Assembly (NCBI GenBank): GCA_039935415.1
Contig: JBDTKH010000032.1
Location: forward strand, 44,830-108,829
From: Candidatus Dormiibacterota bacterium
GTDB taxonomy: Bacteria > Chloroflexota > Dormibacteria > Dormibacterales > Dormibacteraceae
Direction: 5' to 3'
DNA: 64,000 bases
The first letter of the stretch is position 1, and every line of letters starts with the position of its first letter. A program made the position numbers and the translations under genes. Shown here one piece after another: positions 23,337 to 32,583 of the stretch. Below the pieces are notes generated by a model. The model did not search any database, had not been told where the DNA came from, and was given only the letters and a program-made list of their open reading frames with translations.

Positions 23337-25250
23337 TTAGTTGACTTCGCGGTAATCGGCGTCGACGACGTCCTCTTCCTTCTTCTGCTCGTCGGGAGCA
23401 CCGGAGCTGGAACCGTCCTGCGGCGCGCTCGCGGACGTGGCGCCCGCCTGCTGGTAGATGTGCTGGCCGATCTTCTGGAGGGACTCGTTGAACTCGTCCA
23501 TCTGCTGCTGCAACGCCTTGGTGTCCGAGCCCTTGGCCGCCGCCTTGAGCGATTCGAGCTTGGCCGTCACCTCGGTCTTCACGTCGTCAGGAATCTTGTC
23601 CGCGTTGTCCTTGATGACCTTTTCGGCCTGGTGGATCATGTGATCCGCCTGGTTGCGGAGCTCGACCTCCTCGCGCTTGGCGCGATCCTCTGACGAGTGC
23701 GCCTCGGCCTCCTTGACCATCCGGTCGACCTCGTCCTTGTTCAGGGTCGAGGATGCGGTGATCGTGACCGACTGTTCGCGGCCGGTGCCCTTGTCCTGCG
23801 CCTTGACGTTCAGGATGCCGTTCGCGTCGAGGTCAAAAGTGACCTCGACCTGCGGCGTCCCGCGCGGTGCGGGTGGAATCCCGTCCAGGTGGAAACGACC
23901 CAGCGTGCGGTTGTCGCGAGCCATCTCGCGCTCGCCCTGCAGCACGTGGACCTCGACCGACGTCTGGCTGTCAGCGGCGGTCGAAAAGACCTGCGATCGG
24001 GAGGTTGGGATCGTCGTGTTGCGATCGATCAGCTTGGTCATCACACCGCCGAGAGTCTCGACGCCCAGTGAGAGCGGCGTGACGTCGAGGAGCAGGATGT
24101 CCTTGACCTCGCCCTTGAGCACGCCTGCCTGTATGGCCGCGCCGACGGCGACGACCTCGTCCGGGTTGACGCCCTTGTGGGGCTCTTTGCCGCCCAGCAG
24201 GTTCTTGACCAGCTGCTGGATCACAGGCATGCGGGTCGAACCGCCGACCAGCACGACCTCGTCGATCTGCTGGGGAGTCAGGTTGGCATCCTTCAGTGCC
24301 GCGAGGAATGGCCCGCGGCAGCGCTCGGTCAGGTCAGCCGTCAGCGACTCGAACTTGGCCCGGGTGAGCGTCATCTCGAGGTGCTTCGGACCGGTCTGGT
24401 CCGCTGTGATGAAGGGCAGGTTGAGGCTGGTCTCCAGCCGGCTCGACAGCTCGATCTTCGCCCGCTCGGCGGCCTCGGTGAGGCGCTGTAGCGCCTGGCG
24501 GTCGGTCTTGAGGTCGATTCCGTTCGACTTCTTGAACTCCTCGGCCAGCCATTCCACTACGCGGCGGTCGTAGTCGTCCCCACCCAGGTGGGTGTCGCCG
24601 TTGGTGGACTTGACCTCGAACACCCCATCACCCACGTCGAGGACGGAGACGTCGAAGGTGCCACCACCCAGGTCGAAGACGAGAATCGTTTCGTTCGCCT
24701 TCTTGTCCAGCCCATAGGCGAGCGACGCGGCGGTGGGCTCGTTGATGATGCGGACCACGTTCAGGCCGGCGATCTGGCCGGAGTTCTTGGTCGCCTGCCG
24801 CTGCGCGTCGTTGAAATATGCGGGTACGGTGATGACCGCGTCGGTCACCTTCTCACCAAGGTAGGCCTCGGCGTCGGTCTTCAGCTTCTGCAGGATCATC
24901 GCCGAGATCTCTTCCGGCGTGAACTCCTTGTTTGCGTTGGGGATGAAGACCACGGCGCGGTCGTCCTTGCCAGGCTTGACCTCGTAAGGAACGATCTTCC
25001 GCTCGGACTCGACCTCCGAGAACTTGCGGCCCATGAAACGCTTGATCGAGTAGACGGTGTTCTCGGGGTTGACCGCGGCCTGCCGGCGCGCGAGGTTTCC
25101 GACCAGGCGCTCGCCGGACTTGGTGAAGGCGACGACAGACGGAGTGGTGCGTGAACCCTCGGAGTTAGGGATCACCACCGGCTCGCCACCTTCCATAACG
25201 GCGATGACTGAGTTCGTGGTCCCCAGGTCGATTCCTACGGTTTTCGGCAT
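23337..25250 (-). CDS. dnaK: Molecular chaperone DnaK (Hsp70)
   Basis: 637 aa, [17 protein letters not shown] and the remaining Hsp70 signatures. Confidence 0.98.
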   Translation of the reverse strand: MPKTVGIDLGTTNSVIAVMEGGEPVVIPNSEGSRTTPSVVAFTKSGERLVGNLARRQAAVNPENTVYSIKRFMGRKFSEVESERKIVPYEVKPGKDDRAVVFIPNANKEFTPEEISAMILQKLKTDAEAYLGEKVTDAVITVPAYFNDAQRQATKNSGQIAGLNVVRIINEPTAASLAYGLDKKANETILVFDLGGGTFDVSVLDVGDGVFEVKSTNGDTHLGGDDYDRRVVEWLAEEFKKSNGIDLKTDRQALQRLTEAAERAKIELSSRLETSLNLPFITADQTGPKHLEMTLTRAKFESLTADLTERCRGPFLAALKDANLTPQQIDEVVLVGGSTRMPVIQQLVKNLLGGKEPHKGVNPDEVVAVGAAIQAGVLKGEVKDILLLDVTPLSLGVETLGGVMTKLIDRNTTIPTSRSQVFSTAADSQTSVEVHVLQGEREMARDNRTLGRFHLDGIPPAPRGTPQVEVTFDLDANGILNVKAQDKGTGREQSVTITASSTLNKDEVDRMVKEAEAHSSEDRAKREEVELRNQADHMIHQAEKVIKDNADKIPDDVKTEVTAKLESLKAAAKGSDTKALQQQMDEFNESLQKIGQHIYQQAGATSASAPQDGSSSGAPDEQKKEEDVVDADYREVN

Positions 25251-25389
25251 ATGTCGCTCTTCCTCCAGGTGTGCGCAGTTCAGCGCGAATTTGAATTTCT
25301 GTGATTCATCTCTTTCCCCGAGGCATGAGCGTCAAAACAATCGAACGCCGCCTGGCTGAGGCTCCCGCAGAGCCTCTAGGCTAATCGCG

Positions 25390-25896
25390 TTGGCAATTTT
25401 CGAGCTTGACCCCGTGGACCGGATCGCAGTGGCCGCCGTCGGCGAGCCCGGCCAGCGCCGGTTCTTCCTTCTGGCGACCGGCTCGGGCCGGATGCTCACC
25501 CTCGCGTGCGAGAAGTCGCAGATCCAGGCCCTTCTCGCGCGCCTGGGCCAGATGCTGGAGACCCAGGGCATCGAGGTGAGCGAGCACGCCGCGGACGTGG
25601 CGACGCTCGAGCCGGGCGAGCCGGAATGGCAGGTCGGCGAGATGGGCCTCGGCTACCACGATGCGCGCCAGATGTTCGTGCTCGTGGCCAGCCAGGGCGC
25701 AGCCGGCGAGGAGGGAGCTCCAGACGACGCGCCCAGCGTCCGCTTCTGGCTCAGCCATCGCCAGGTCGTCGCTTTCTCCAGGCAGGCCCAGTCGGTGTTG
25801 ACCGCCGGCCGCCCCCTCTGCCCGCGCTGCGGGCTCCCCATGGATCCCGCCGGCCATCCCTGCCCGGTCTCCAATGGCGCTCGGCCAATCTTCTGA
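25390..25896 (+). CDS. DUF3090-family protein
   Basis: 168 aa. FELDPVDRIAVAAVGEPGQRRFFLLA and C-terminal CPRCGLPMDPAGHPCP. Overlaps the SCO1664-family gene, as in actinobacterial loci. Confidence 0.75.
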   Translation: MAIFELDPVDRIAVAAVGEPGQRRFFLLATGSGRMLTLACEKSQIQALLARLGQMLETQGIEVSEHAADVATLEPGEPEWQVGEMGLGYHDARQMFVLVASQGAAGEEGAPDDAPSVRFWLSHRQVVAFSRQAQSVLTAGRPLCPRCGLPMDPAGHPCPVSNGARPIF

Positions 25897-26605
25897 ATCG
25901 GCCGAAGAGCTGCTGGCCAGGCTGCCCGACATGGAGGTCGTCGGGCTGCTCCATGGGGCCTCCAACTACACCTTCCTGGCGAGGCTGAACCCGCATCCGC
26001 CGTCCGGTCTGATGGCGGTCTACAAACCGGCGCGCGGGGAGTCGCCACTGTGGGACTTCGAGGCGGGCACGCTGTACCGCCGCGAGGTGGCGGCGTACGA
26101 GCTGAGCAAGGTCCTTGGCTGGCCGCTCATCCCGCCGACCGTGGCCCGTCGCGATGGGCCGCACGGCGCCGGCGCGGTGCAGCTCTTCATCGACGCCGAC
26201 CGTCGCCATTTCCTCGGCGAGCAGTCGACGCGCGGCGAGACCTGGCTGCGCATTGCCCTGTTCGACGTGATCAGCAACAACGCGGACCGCAAATCGGGGC
26301 ACTGCCTGTTCGACGCGAAGGACCGCATCTGGGTCATCGACCACGGCCTGACCTTCCATGTCGACCAGAAGCTCCGCACGGTGATCTGGGAGTTTTCAGG
26401 TGAAGCCCTGCCCGGGGACCTCTGCGGCGACATCGAGCGCGCCCTGATCGCCGTCGAGAAGGGCGGGCTGGGCGAGACCCTTGCCGAGCTGCTCCGGCCG
26501 GCCGAGGTCCGCATGCTCAAGCGACGGCTCCGCGGCGTGCTGGACCCCGCCTGGCGCTTCCCAGAGCCTACCTCCGCCTGGTCGATCCCCTGGCCCCCGG
26601 TGTAA
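25874..26605 (+). CDS. SCO1664-family (PI3/4-kinase-like fold) protein
   Basis: 243 aa, ..NADRKSGHCL..VIDHGLTFH.. kinase-like catalytic loop pattern. Conserved partner of DUF3090. Confidence 0.7.
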   Translation: MALGQSSESAEELLARLPDMEVVGLLHGASNYTFLARLNPHPPSGLMAVYKPARGESPLWDFEAGTLYRREVAAYELSKVLGWPLIPPTVARRDGPHGAGAVQLFIDADRRHFLGEQSTRGETWLRIALFDVISNNADRKSGHCLFDAKDRIWVIDHGLTFHVDQKLRTVIWEFSGEALPGDLCGDIERALIAVEKGGLGETLAELLRPAEVRMLKRRLRGVLDPAWRFPEPTSAWSIPWPPV

Positions 26606-26637
26606 CCGAACCGGCCCTGCTATCGTTCCCGGGCTGC

Positions 26638-27594
26638 ATGCCTCGGTCCCTTCGGCTGGGTCCCGCCATCGTCATGTTGGGCGCTGCCTCGATCGCAACT
26701 CTCCTGTTCGCCGTGTCTCCGCAGGCACGGGCGACGGTCCAGGCCGACTGCTCGGCGAGCTCCCCCTGTCCGACTCCAAGCCCCACTCCGACCCCCGTCA
26801 ATGCCTTCCTGTCCCTCGACGTCACCGCCGGACCACCCACCACTCAGATCACCGTCAACGGCGGGTCCTTCCTGCCCAACGAGCAGATGACCCTTTACTG
26901 GGACCAGCCCAACAAGGTGGCGGGGTCAGGCGTCGCCGACAGCAGCGGGAACTTCACGACCCACGTCAAGCCCTTCTCCGGGGATCCGCCCGGCGTGCAC
27001 CACCTGTGCGCGAGCGTCCCGCCCAACCCGTGCGCCAGCTTCTCGCTAGAGGCTCCAACTTCCAGCCCCTCCCCGTCGCCGTCACCCTCACCCGACACGT
27101 CCCCGTCGCCTGACACCTCTCCGTCGCCAGGCCAGGGCGCCAGCGAGTCGCGCAGCCCGACGCCGGACGCGGCCACGATCAACGGCTTCGACGTGATCAC
27201 CAAGCCGCCGTTCGTGATCCTGCCGATCATCGGCGCGCTCGGCCTTGCGGTCGCGCTCGGTTACTGGATACTGACCATCGTCAGGCGGCCACGTCCGACC
27301 GTGTTGAAGTCCGTCGCGGTCTCGCACATGGCTACGCGCCCCGACTACACGGCCGGTTTCGGGACTCCTCCGCCGGCGCCGCCTCCGCCCGCGCCCGCCC
27401 CTTCCGCCTGGGCCGACGTCCTGCCGCCTGTCCCGCCGCCCGCAGCGACTCCCCCGGCGCCATCCGCTGGGGAGCCACCCGCCTCGGCCGCGCCCGAACA
27501 GCCCCCCGTACAGGAGCCCCCCGCGGATGCCGGCCAGTTCCCGCCGCCCTCGCCCGACGAACCTCCGGACCTGCCTGAACCAAGCGACTACTAG
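26638..27594 (+). CDS. Secreted/membrane-anchored protein: signal peptide, Ig-like domain, PS-rich linker, TM helix, Pro-rich tail
   Basis: Signal peptide ending AVSPQARA. PSPSPSPSPDTSPSPDTSPSP linker. TM segment FVILPIIGALGLAVALGYWILTIV. Confidence 0.6.
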   Translation: MPRSLRLGPAIVMLGAASIATLLFAVSPQARATVQADCSASSPCPTPSPTPTPVNAFLSLDVTAGPPTTQITVNGGSFLPNEQMTLYWDQPNKVAGSGVADSSGNFTTHVKPFSGDPPGVHHLCASVPPNPCASFSLEAPTSSPSPSPSPSPDTSPSPDTSPSPGQGASESRSPTPDAATINGFDVITKPPFVILPIIGALGLAVALGYWILTIVRRPRPTVLKSVAVSHMATRPDYTAGFGTPPPAPPPPAPAPSAWADVLPPVPPPAATPPAPSAGEPPASAAPEQPPVQEPPADAGQFPPPSPDEPPDLPEPSDY

Positions 27595-27629
27595 CGGGTC
27601 GACCGGCGCACTAATACACTGACGCGCGA

Positions 27630-28391
27630 ATGCCCCTCTTAGAGGTGAGCGAGCTGAGCGTCAGGTTCGGAGGGGTCGTGGCCCTCGACCGCGTGTCGTT
27701 CAACGTGGAGGCGGGGCAGGTCGTCGCCCTCATAGGGCCCAACGGCGCCGGCAAGACCACGCTGTTCAACGTGATCACGCGTGTCTACCGGCCGAGCTCC
27801 GGGAGCGTGCTGATCGACGGCGAGCAGGTGTCGCGAATTCCCGCGCACCAGGTCATCCGCCGCGGGCTGGCGAGGACGTTTCAGAACGTCGTCCTTTTCC
27901 GCTCGATGACCGTACTCGACAACGTGTTGGTCGGCGATCACATCAAGACGCCGAGCGGCTGGCTGGCGGCCACGATCCCGACGCCAGGGGCCGCGAAAGC
28001 CGAGTCCGCAGCTCGCAGGCGCGCGATCGAGATGATCGATTTCGTCGGGCTCGGCGCCGTCGCGATGATGCCTGTGGCGGCGCTGCCGTTCGGCACCCAG
28101 AAGCGCGTCGAGCTCGCTCGAGCCCTCGTGTCGAGGCCAAGGCTCCTGCTGCTCGACGAGCCGGCCGGAGGCATCAGCCACGAGGAGGTCGACGGCATGG
28201 CGCGCCTGCTTCAGCGGGTCCACGAGGAGCTGGACGTAACGATGCTGCTCGTCGAGCATCACATGGCCTTCGTCATGGGCATCTCCGAGCGGGTGGTGGT
28301 GCTCGACTTCGGCAAGAAGATCGCCGAAGGCACCCCATCCGACGTGCAGGGCAACCCGGCCGTGATCGAAGCCTACCTCGGGGCCGCATAG
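27630..28391 (+). CDS. livG: Branched-chain amino acid-type ABC transporter ATP-binding protein (LivG-like)
   Basis: Walker A GPNGAGKTT, LivG-type insertion, Walker B LLLDEP. Confidence 0.85.
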   Translation: MPLLEVSELSVRFGGVVALDRVSFNVEAGQVVALIGPNGAGKTTLFNVITRVYRPSSGSVLIDGEQVSRIPAHQVIRRGLARTFQNVVLFRSMTVLDNVLVGDHIKTPSGWLAATIPTPGAAKAESAARRRAIEMIDFVGLGAVAMMPVAALPFGTQKRVELARALVSRPRLLLLDEPAGGISHEEVDGMARLLQRVHEELDVTMLLVEHHMAFVMGISERVVVLDFGKKIAEGTPSDVQGNPAVIEAYLGAA

Positions 28392-29108
28392 GTGGGTTCC
28401 GCGCTTCTCGAGCTCCAGGACGTAAGCGCCGGCTACGGGCCCACCTCGGTTCTCCACGCTGTCTCGCTCTCCGTCGAGGAGGGCGAGATCGTCTCGCTGC
28501 TCGGCGCCAACGGGGCGGGCAAGACGACAACGCTGCGCGCCATCACACGCGGCGTGCAGTGGACGGGAGACATCCAGTTCGCGGGGCGCTCGCTCAGGCG
28601 CATGTCCACGGAGGAAGTCGTGAGGTGTGGCATCGCGCACGTGCCTGAGGGTCGCGGCATCCTGACCGAGCTCACGGTGGAAGAAAACCTGCGCCTCGGC
28701 TCGCACCTGCGCCGTAACGGGCCGGAGGTGCGGAAGGACTACGACCGGGTCTTCGAGTACTTCCCGGTCCTGCGCGAGCGGCGCAAGCTGTCGGCGAGCA
28801 CCCTCTCGGGCGGCGAGCAGCAGATGCTCGCGCTCGCGCGGGCCCTCCTGATGAAGCCGAGGCTGATGCTGCTCGACGAGCCCTCGCTGGGGCTCGCGCC
28901 GATCATCGTGCGCTCGATCTTCGACATCATCCGCACCATCAACCAGACCGACCGGGTTGCGGTCCTGCTCGTCGAGCAGAACGCTAACCTCGCGCTCGAG
29001 ATGTCGAGCCACGCCTATGTGCTCGAGGTCGGCCGCGTGGCGGTCAAAGGCCAGAGCTCCGAGCTGAAGGGCAACGAATCAGTGCGCAAGTCCTACCTGG
29101 GTTACTGA
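28392..29108 (+). CDS. livF: Branched-chain amino acid-type ABC transporter ATP-binding protein (LivF-like)
   Basis: Walker A GANGAGKTT, signature LSGGEQQ, Walker B MLLDEP. Confidence 0.85.
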   Translation: MGSALLELQDVSAGYGPTSVLHAVSLSVEEGEIVSLLGANGAGKTTTLRAITRGVQWTGDIQFAGRSLRRMSTEEVVRCGIAHVPEGRGILTELTVEENLRLGSHLRRNGPEVRKDYDRVFEYFPVLRERRKLSASTLSGGEQQMLALARALLMKPRLMLLDEPSLGLAPIIVRSIFDIIRTINQTDRVAVLLVEQNANLALEMSSHAYVLEVGRVAVKGQSSELKGNESVRKSYLGY

Positions 29109-29990
29109 ATGCAAGAGCTCATTCAGCAGGTCCTCAGCGGCATCGCCACCGGAGGGATCTTCGGCAGCCTCGCGCTCGCACTGGTCCTCATCTACAACGC
29201 GATGGGACTCGTGAACTTCGCGCAGGGCGAGATGGCGATGTTCGCGACCTTTGTCGCCTTCACATTGATCGTTCACGGCGTCAACTACTGGATCGCGTTC
29301 CCGGTCACTCTCGTGCTCGCGTTTGCGGGAGGGATCGCCATCCAGCGCATCGTGATCCGCCCCGTGGAACGCGCGCCGGTGCTGACGCTCGTCATCGTCA
29401 CCCTCGGCCTGGCGACACTCTTCAACGGCCTCGCGGGCTTCCTCTTCGGCTATGTCCCGCGGGCATTTCCGAGTCCGTTCTCCGTGCAGACGGTCAACAT
29501 CCTGGGCGCCTTCGCGAGCTACCAGGACCTCGGCGTGATCGCGGTTTCTGGAGTGGTGCTCATCGCCATCTACCTGCTCCTGGAGCACACAACGGTCGGC
29601 CTGACGATGCGCTCGGCGGCCCACCACCCGGAGGCGAGCCGGCTGCTCGGCGTGCGTGTCAGCTGGATGCTCGCACTGGGCTGGGGGCTGGCATCGGCGG
29701 TCGGAGCCGTGTCTGGGATCATGGTCGCCCCAATCCTCCTGCTCGAGCCGGACATGATGCAGACGATCATCATCTACGCCTTCGCGGCCGCGGTCCTCGG
29801 CGGCATCGAGAGCCCGCTTGGCGCGGTCGTCGGCGGCCTGATCGTCGGCGTGACCGTCAACCTCGCCGGCGCCTACATCCCGTTCGTGGGCGGCGACCTC
29901 CAGCTCGCTGTGGCGCTCGCCATCATCGTCGCGGTGCTCGTCCTCAAGCCGAACGGCCTCTTCGGCCGGCCCACCGCCCGCCGCGTCTGA
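29109..29990 (+). CDS. livH: Branched-chain amino acid-type ABC transporter permease (LivH-like)
   Basis: 293 aa polytopic, N-terminus LIQQVLSGIATGGIFGSLALALVLIY typical of LivH. Confidence 0.8.
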   Translation: MQELIQQVLSGIATGGIFGSLALALVLIYNAMGLVNFAQGEMAMFATFVAFTLIVHGVNYWIAFPVTLVLAFAGGIAIQRIVIRPVERAPVLTLVIVTLGLATLFNGLAGFLFGYVPRAFPSPFSVQTVNILGAFASYQDLGVIAVSGVVLIAIYLLLEHTTVGLTMRSAAHHPEASRLLGVRVSWMLALGWGLASAVGAVSGIMVAPILLLEPDMMQTIIIYAFAAAVLGGIESPLGAVVGGLIVGVTVNLAGAYIPFVGGDLQLAVALAIIVAVLVLKPNGLFGRPTARRV

Positions 29991-31081
29991 TGGTCCAGCG
30001 CATCCGCAGCGCTCCGCCTCGCTACTGGCTCGTGGCTGTCGCCGTCCTGTTCTTCGCCGGGTTTCCAACGGTGGCCACGAGCTTCCAGGCCAGCCAATGG
30101 GCCCAGGTGCTCATCCTCGCGATCGCGATCATGGGCCTCAACATCCTGGTCGGGTACAGCGGCCAGATCTCCCTGGGCCATGGAGCCTTCATGGCGCTGG
30201 GCGCTTACGTGTCTGCGGTCTTGACCCACAAGTACAAGGTGGACGTCCTGGCGACAATCCCGATCGCGGGGTTGGTGACGGGCCTCATCGGCTTCCTCTT
30301 CGGCATCCCCGCGTTGCGGCTTTCCGCGCTCTATCTCGCGCTGGCCACTTTCGCCCTGGCCGTCGTCACTCCCAGCCTCATCAAGCGGCCGGTTGAGCTG
30401 ACCGGAGGCGTACAGGGCATCCTGATCACACAGCCCGACCCACCCCAGCTCGCCAAGGATGCCTTCGCCACGGTGACCGGGACTCCGATGACGAGCGACC
30501 AGTGGATCTACTACGTCACGTTCGCTTTCGCGGTCGTGCTTTTCTGGCTGGCATGGAACCTGGTGCGCCACAGGCCAGGACGCGCGATGCGGGCCATCCG
30601 TGACGGGGAGGTTGCGGCGGCCGCTTCGGGCGTGAACGTCGCCGGCTACAAAACGCTGGCGTTCGGCATCTCCGCGCTCTACGCCGGCGTCGCCGGCGCC
30701 CTGTTCGCACTCGCAACCGGTTTCGTCAGCCCCGACACATTCCCCGTGGCGCTCTCGATCCAGCTCCTGGTCGGCGCCGTGATCGGCGGCCTGGCCTCGA
30801 TTCCGGGTCCGCTCCTCGGCGCGATCTTCGCCTACTTCCTCCCCATCGAGTCCAACCAGTGGGTTCCGGCCCAGACCTGGATCCCAAGCCAGATCGCCGC
30901 GACCGTCGTCAAGGCGGGACCTGCCGTGTCCTACGGCGCCGTTCTGATCCTGATCATGATCTTCGCTCCAAACGGCATCGTCGGCCTGGCCAACGCAGGC
31001 TACACGCGCCTGCGGCGGCGCCTGCGGGGGGCCGCCGATCGGGAGAGTGGACATGTGCCACCCGATCCCCAGACTGTTTAA
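29990..31081 (+). CDS. livM: Branched-chain amino acid-type ABC transporter permease (LivM-like)
   Basis: 363 aa polytopic, GQISLGHGAFMALGAY motif. Confidence 0.8.
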   Translation: MVQRIRSAPPRYWLVAVAVLFFAGFPTVATSFQASQWAQVLILAIAIMGLNILVGYSGQISLGHGAFMALGAYVSAVLTHKYKVDVLATIPIAGLVTGLIGFLFGIPALRLSALYLALATFALAVVTPSLIKRPVELTGGVQGILITQPDPPQLAKDAFATVTGTPMTSDQWIYYVTFAFAVVLFWLAWNLVRHRPGRAMRAIRDGEVAAAASGVNVAGYKTLAFGISALYAGVAGALFALATGFVSPDTFPVALSIQLLVGAVIGGLASIPGPLLGAIFAYFLPIESNQWVPAQTWIPSQIAATVVKAGPAVSYGAVLILIMIFAPNGIVGLANAGYTRLRRRLRGAADRESGHVPPDPQTV

Positions 31082-31085
31082 ATAG

Positions 31086-32351
31086 ATGGACCAAAAAAGG
31101 GGAGGATGTTCTATGACACGAATCGGTTCGCGATTGGCCGCCTTGGGGGCCGCGTTGATGACACTTGTCGCCTGCGGCGGGTCGGCGACCCCCACGGCTC
31201 AGACCGACGTCGGCGTAACCAGCAACTCGATCCTCCTCGGCAACACCATCGCCCAGTCGGGGACCGCCGCGGCGTACGGCACCATCGCCAACGCCGAGAA
31301 CGCCTACTTCACCTACATCAACAACCAGGGCGGCGTCAACGGGCGGAAGATCACCTTCAAGATCCTGGATGACGCCTACAACCCTGCTCAAACAGTCCCG
31401 CTGACCAAGCAGCTGGTCGAGCAGGATAAGGTGTTCGCGATGTTCAGCGGCCTGGGCACGCAGGCTCAGACCTCGGTGCGCGATTACCTGAACACGCAGA
31501 AGGTGCCCCAGCTCTTCGTCGCCACAGGCGCCACCACCTTCATGGCCGACGAGGCCCTGCATAAATACACCATCGGGTGGCAGCCGCCGTACCAGGGCGA
31601 GGCGCGGATCTACGCCAAGGACGTGATCGCGAACCACCCCAACGCGAAGATCGGCATTCTGTACCAGAACGACGACTACGGACAGGACTATCTGAAGGGC
31701 CTCACCGACGGCCTAGGTTCCAACACCTCGATGATCGTGGACAAGGAAAGCTACGACGTGACGGCAGCGAACGTCACGACGCAGCTCGTGAAGCTGAAGG
31801 CCAGCGGGGCTGACACCATCTTTCTCTTCAGCACCCCGGGTTTCACCATCCCAGCCCTGATCACCATCACGGCGCTGCACTGGACCCCGGCCAACATCTA
31901 CCTGAACTCGGTATCCAACCCGCAGGTGTACATGGGTATCGCCAAGAGCAAGGGCGCCGCCCTGGCGAACGTGACCAGCGTCGGTTACATCAAGGACCCG
32001 ACCGACCCGCAGTGGGCCAACGACGCGGGCATGAAGCTCTACAAGACGGTCATCGCCAACTGCTCGACGTGCAACGTGCTCGACGGCTTCAACATCTACG
32101 GCGTCGCGGTCGCTTACACGATGGTCGACGTCCTCAAGCAGGCCGGGTCGAACATGACCCGCGCCAACGTCGCCAACATCGCCACCAGCGGCCTCAACGA
32201 GACCAACAACCCATTCCTCCTGCCGGGTGTCGTGGTCAAGACGACCCCTAGCGACCACTTCCCGATCACGCAGGAGCAGGTGATCACCTGGAACGGATCC
32301 GGGTGGACCTTGAAGGGCAGCCTCATCGACGAGCGCGGCACGATCAAGTAA
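31086..32351 (+). CDS. ABC transporter periplasmic substrate-binding lipoprotein (type I PBP, Leu/Ile/Val-binding family)
   Basis: Lipobox LVACGG, then GVTSNSILLGNTIAQSGTAAAYG, typical of the family. Probable start is ATG 31113. Confidence 0.8.
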   Translation: MDQKRGGCSMTRIGSRLAALGAALMTLVACGGSATPTAQTDVGVTSNSILLGNTIAQSGTAAAYGTIANAENAYFTYINNQGGVNGRKITFKILDDAYNPAQTVPLTKQLVEQDKVFAMFSGLGTQAQTSVRDYLNTQKVPQLFVATGATTFMADEALHKYTIGWQPPYQGEARIYAKDVIANHPNAKIGILYQNDDYGQDYLKGLTDGLGSNTSMIVDKESYDVTAANVTTQLVKLKASGADTIFLFSTPGFTIPALITITALHWTPANIYLNSVSNPQVYMGIAKSKGAALANVTSVGYIKDPTDPQWANDAGMKLYKTVIANCSTCNVLDGFNIYGVAVAYTMVDVLKQAGSNMTRANVANIATSGLNETNNPFLLPGVVVKTTPSDHFPITQEQVITWNGSGWTLKGSLIDERGTIK

Positions 32352-32357
32352 TCAACC

Positions 32358-32387
32358 AGAGGGGGCCGGCCATAACCGGCCCCCTCT
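32358..32387 (+). terminator. 12-bp GC hairpin after the ABC operon (no U-tract)
   Basis: agagggggccgg-ccataa-ccggccccctct, 7 nt after the stop codon and directly upstream of element copy C. Confidence 0.4.
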
Positions 32388-32392
32388 AAGAA

Positions 32393-32560
32393 ATATGAGA
32401 GGAAACGGCGTTTCCTCTCATCGCGCGTGCGGCTTCTCCGCACGCGCTGCTCTCTTTCATGTGGATTGGATATTCAGGAATAGTTTCTCCTCGCGAAGTC
32501 TGGGCTGAGCAAGGACAAAGTTGCGGCCGAGGTGAAGTCGGCCGCCCTGCCACGCTGGTG
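32393..32560 (+). repeat. Structured intergenic element, copy C
   Basis: atgagaggaaac-ggc-gtttcctctcat; gcgcgtgcgg-cttct-ccgcacgcgc; ..ggatattcaggaatagtttctcct..; gacaaagttgcggccga-ggtgaag-tcggccgc; ctgccacgctggtg. Confidence 0.85.
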
Positions 32561-32583
32561 AAACCGTCAAGCTACCCCTGGCA

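Noticed and set aside
27061-27130. Short tandem-looking repeats (ccgtcgcc units) considered as a CRISPR array or VNTR
   Set aside because: They encode the in-frame PSPSPSPSPDTSPSPDTSPSP linker of the secreted protein 26638..27594. There is no repeat-spacer architecture.
27639-29012. 457-aa minus-strand ORF. Similar cases at 29079..30068 and 29873..31195.
   Set aside because: They are antisense to the livG/livF/livH/livM-type genes, which carry Walker and permease motifs. Their composition is shadow-like (R/D/E/H-rich).
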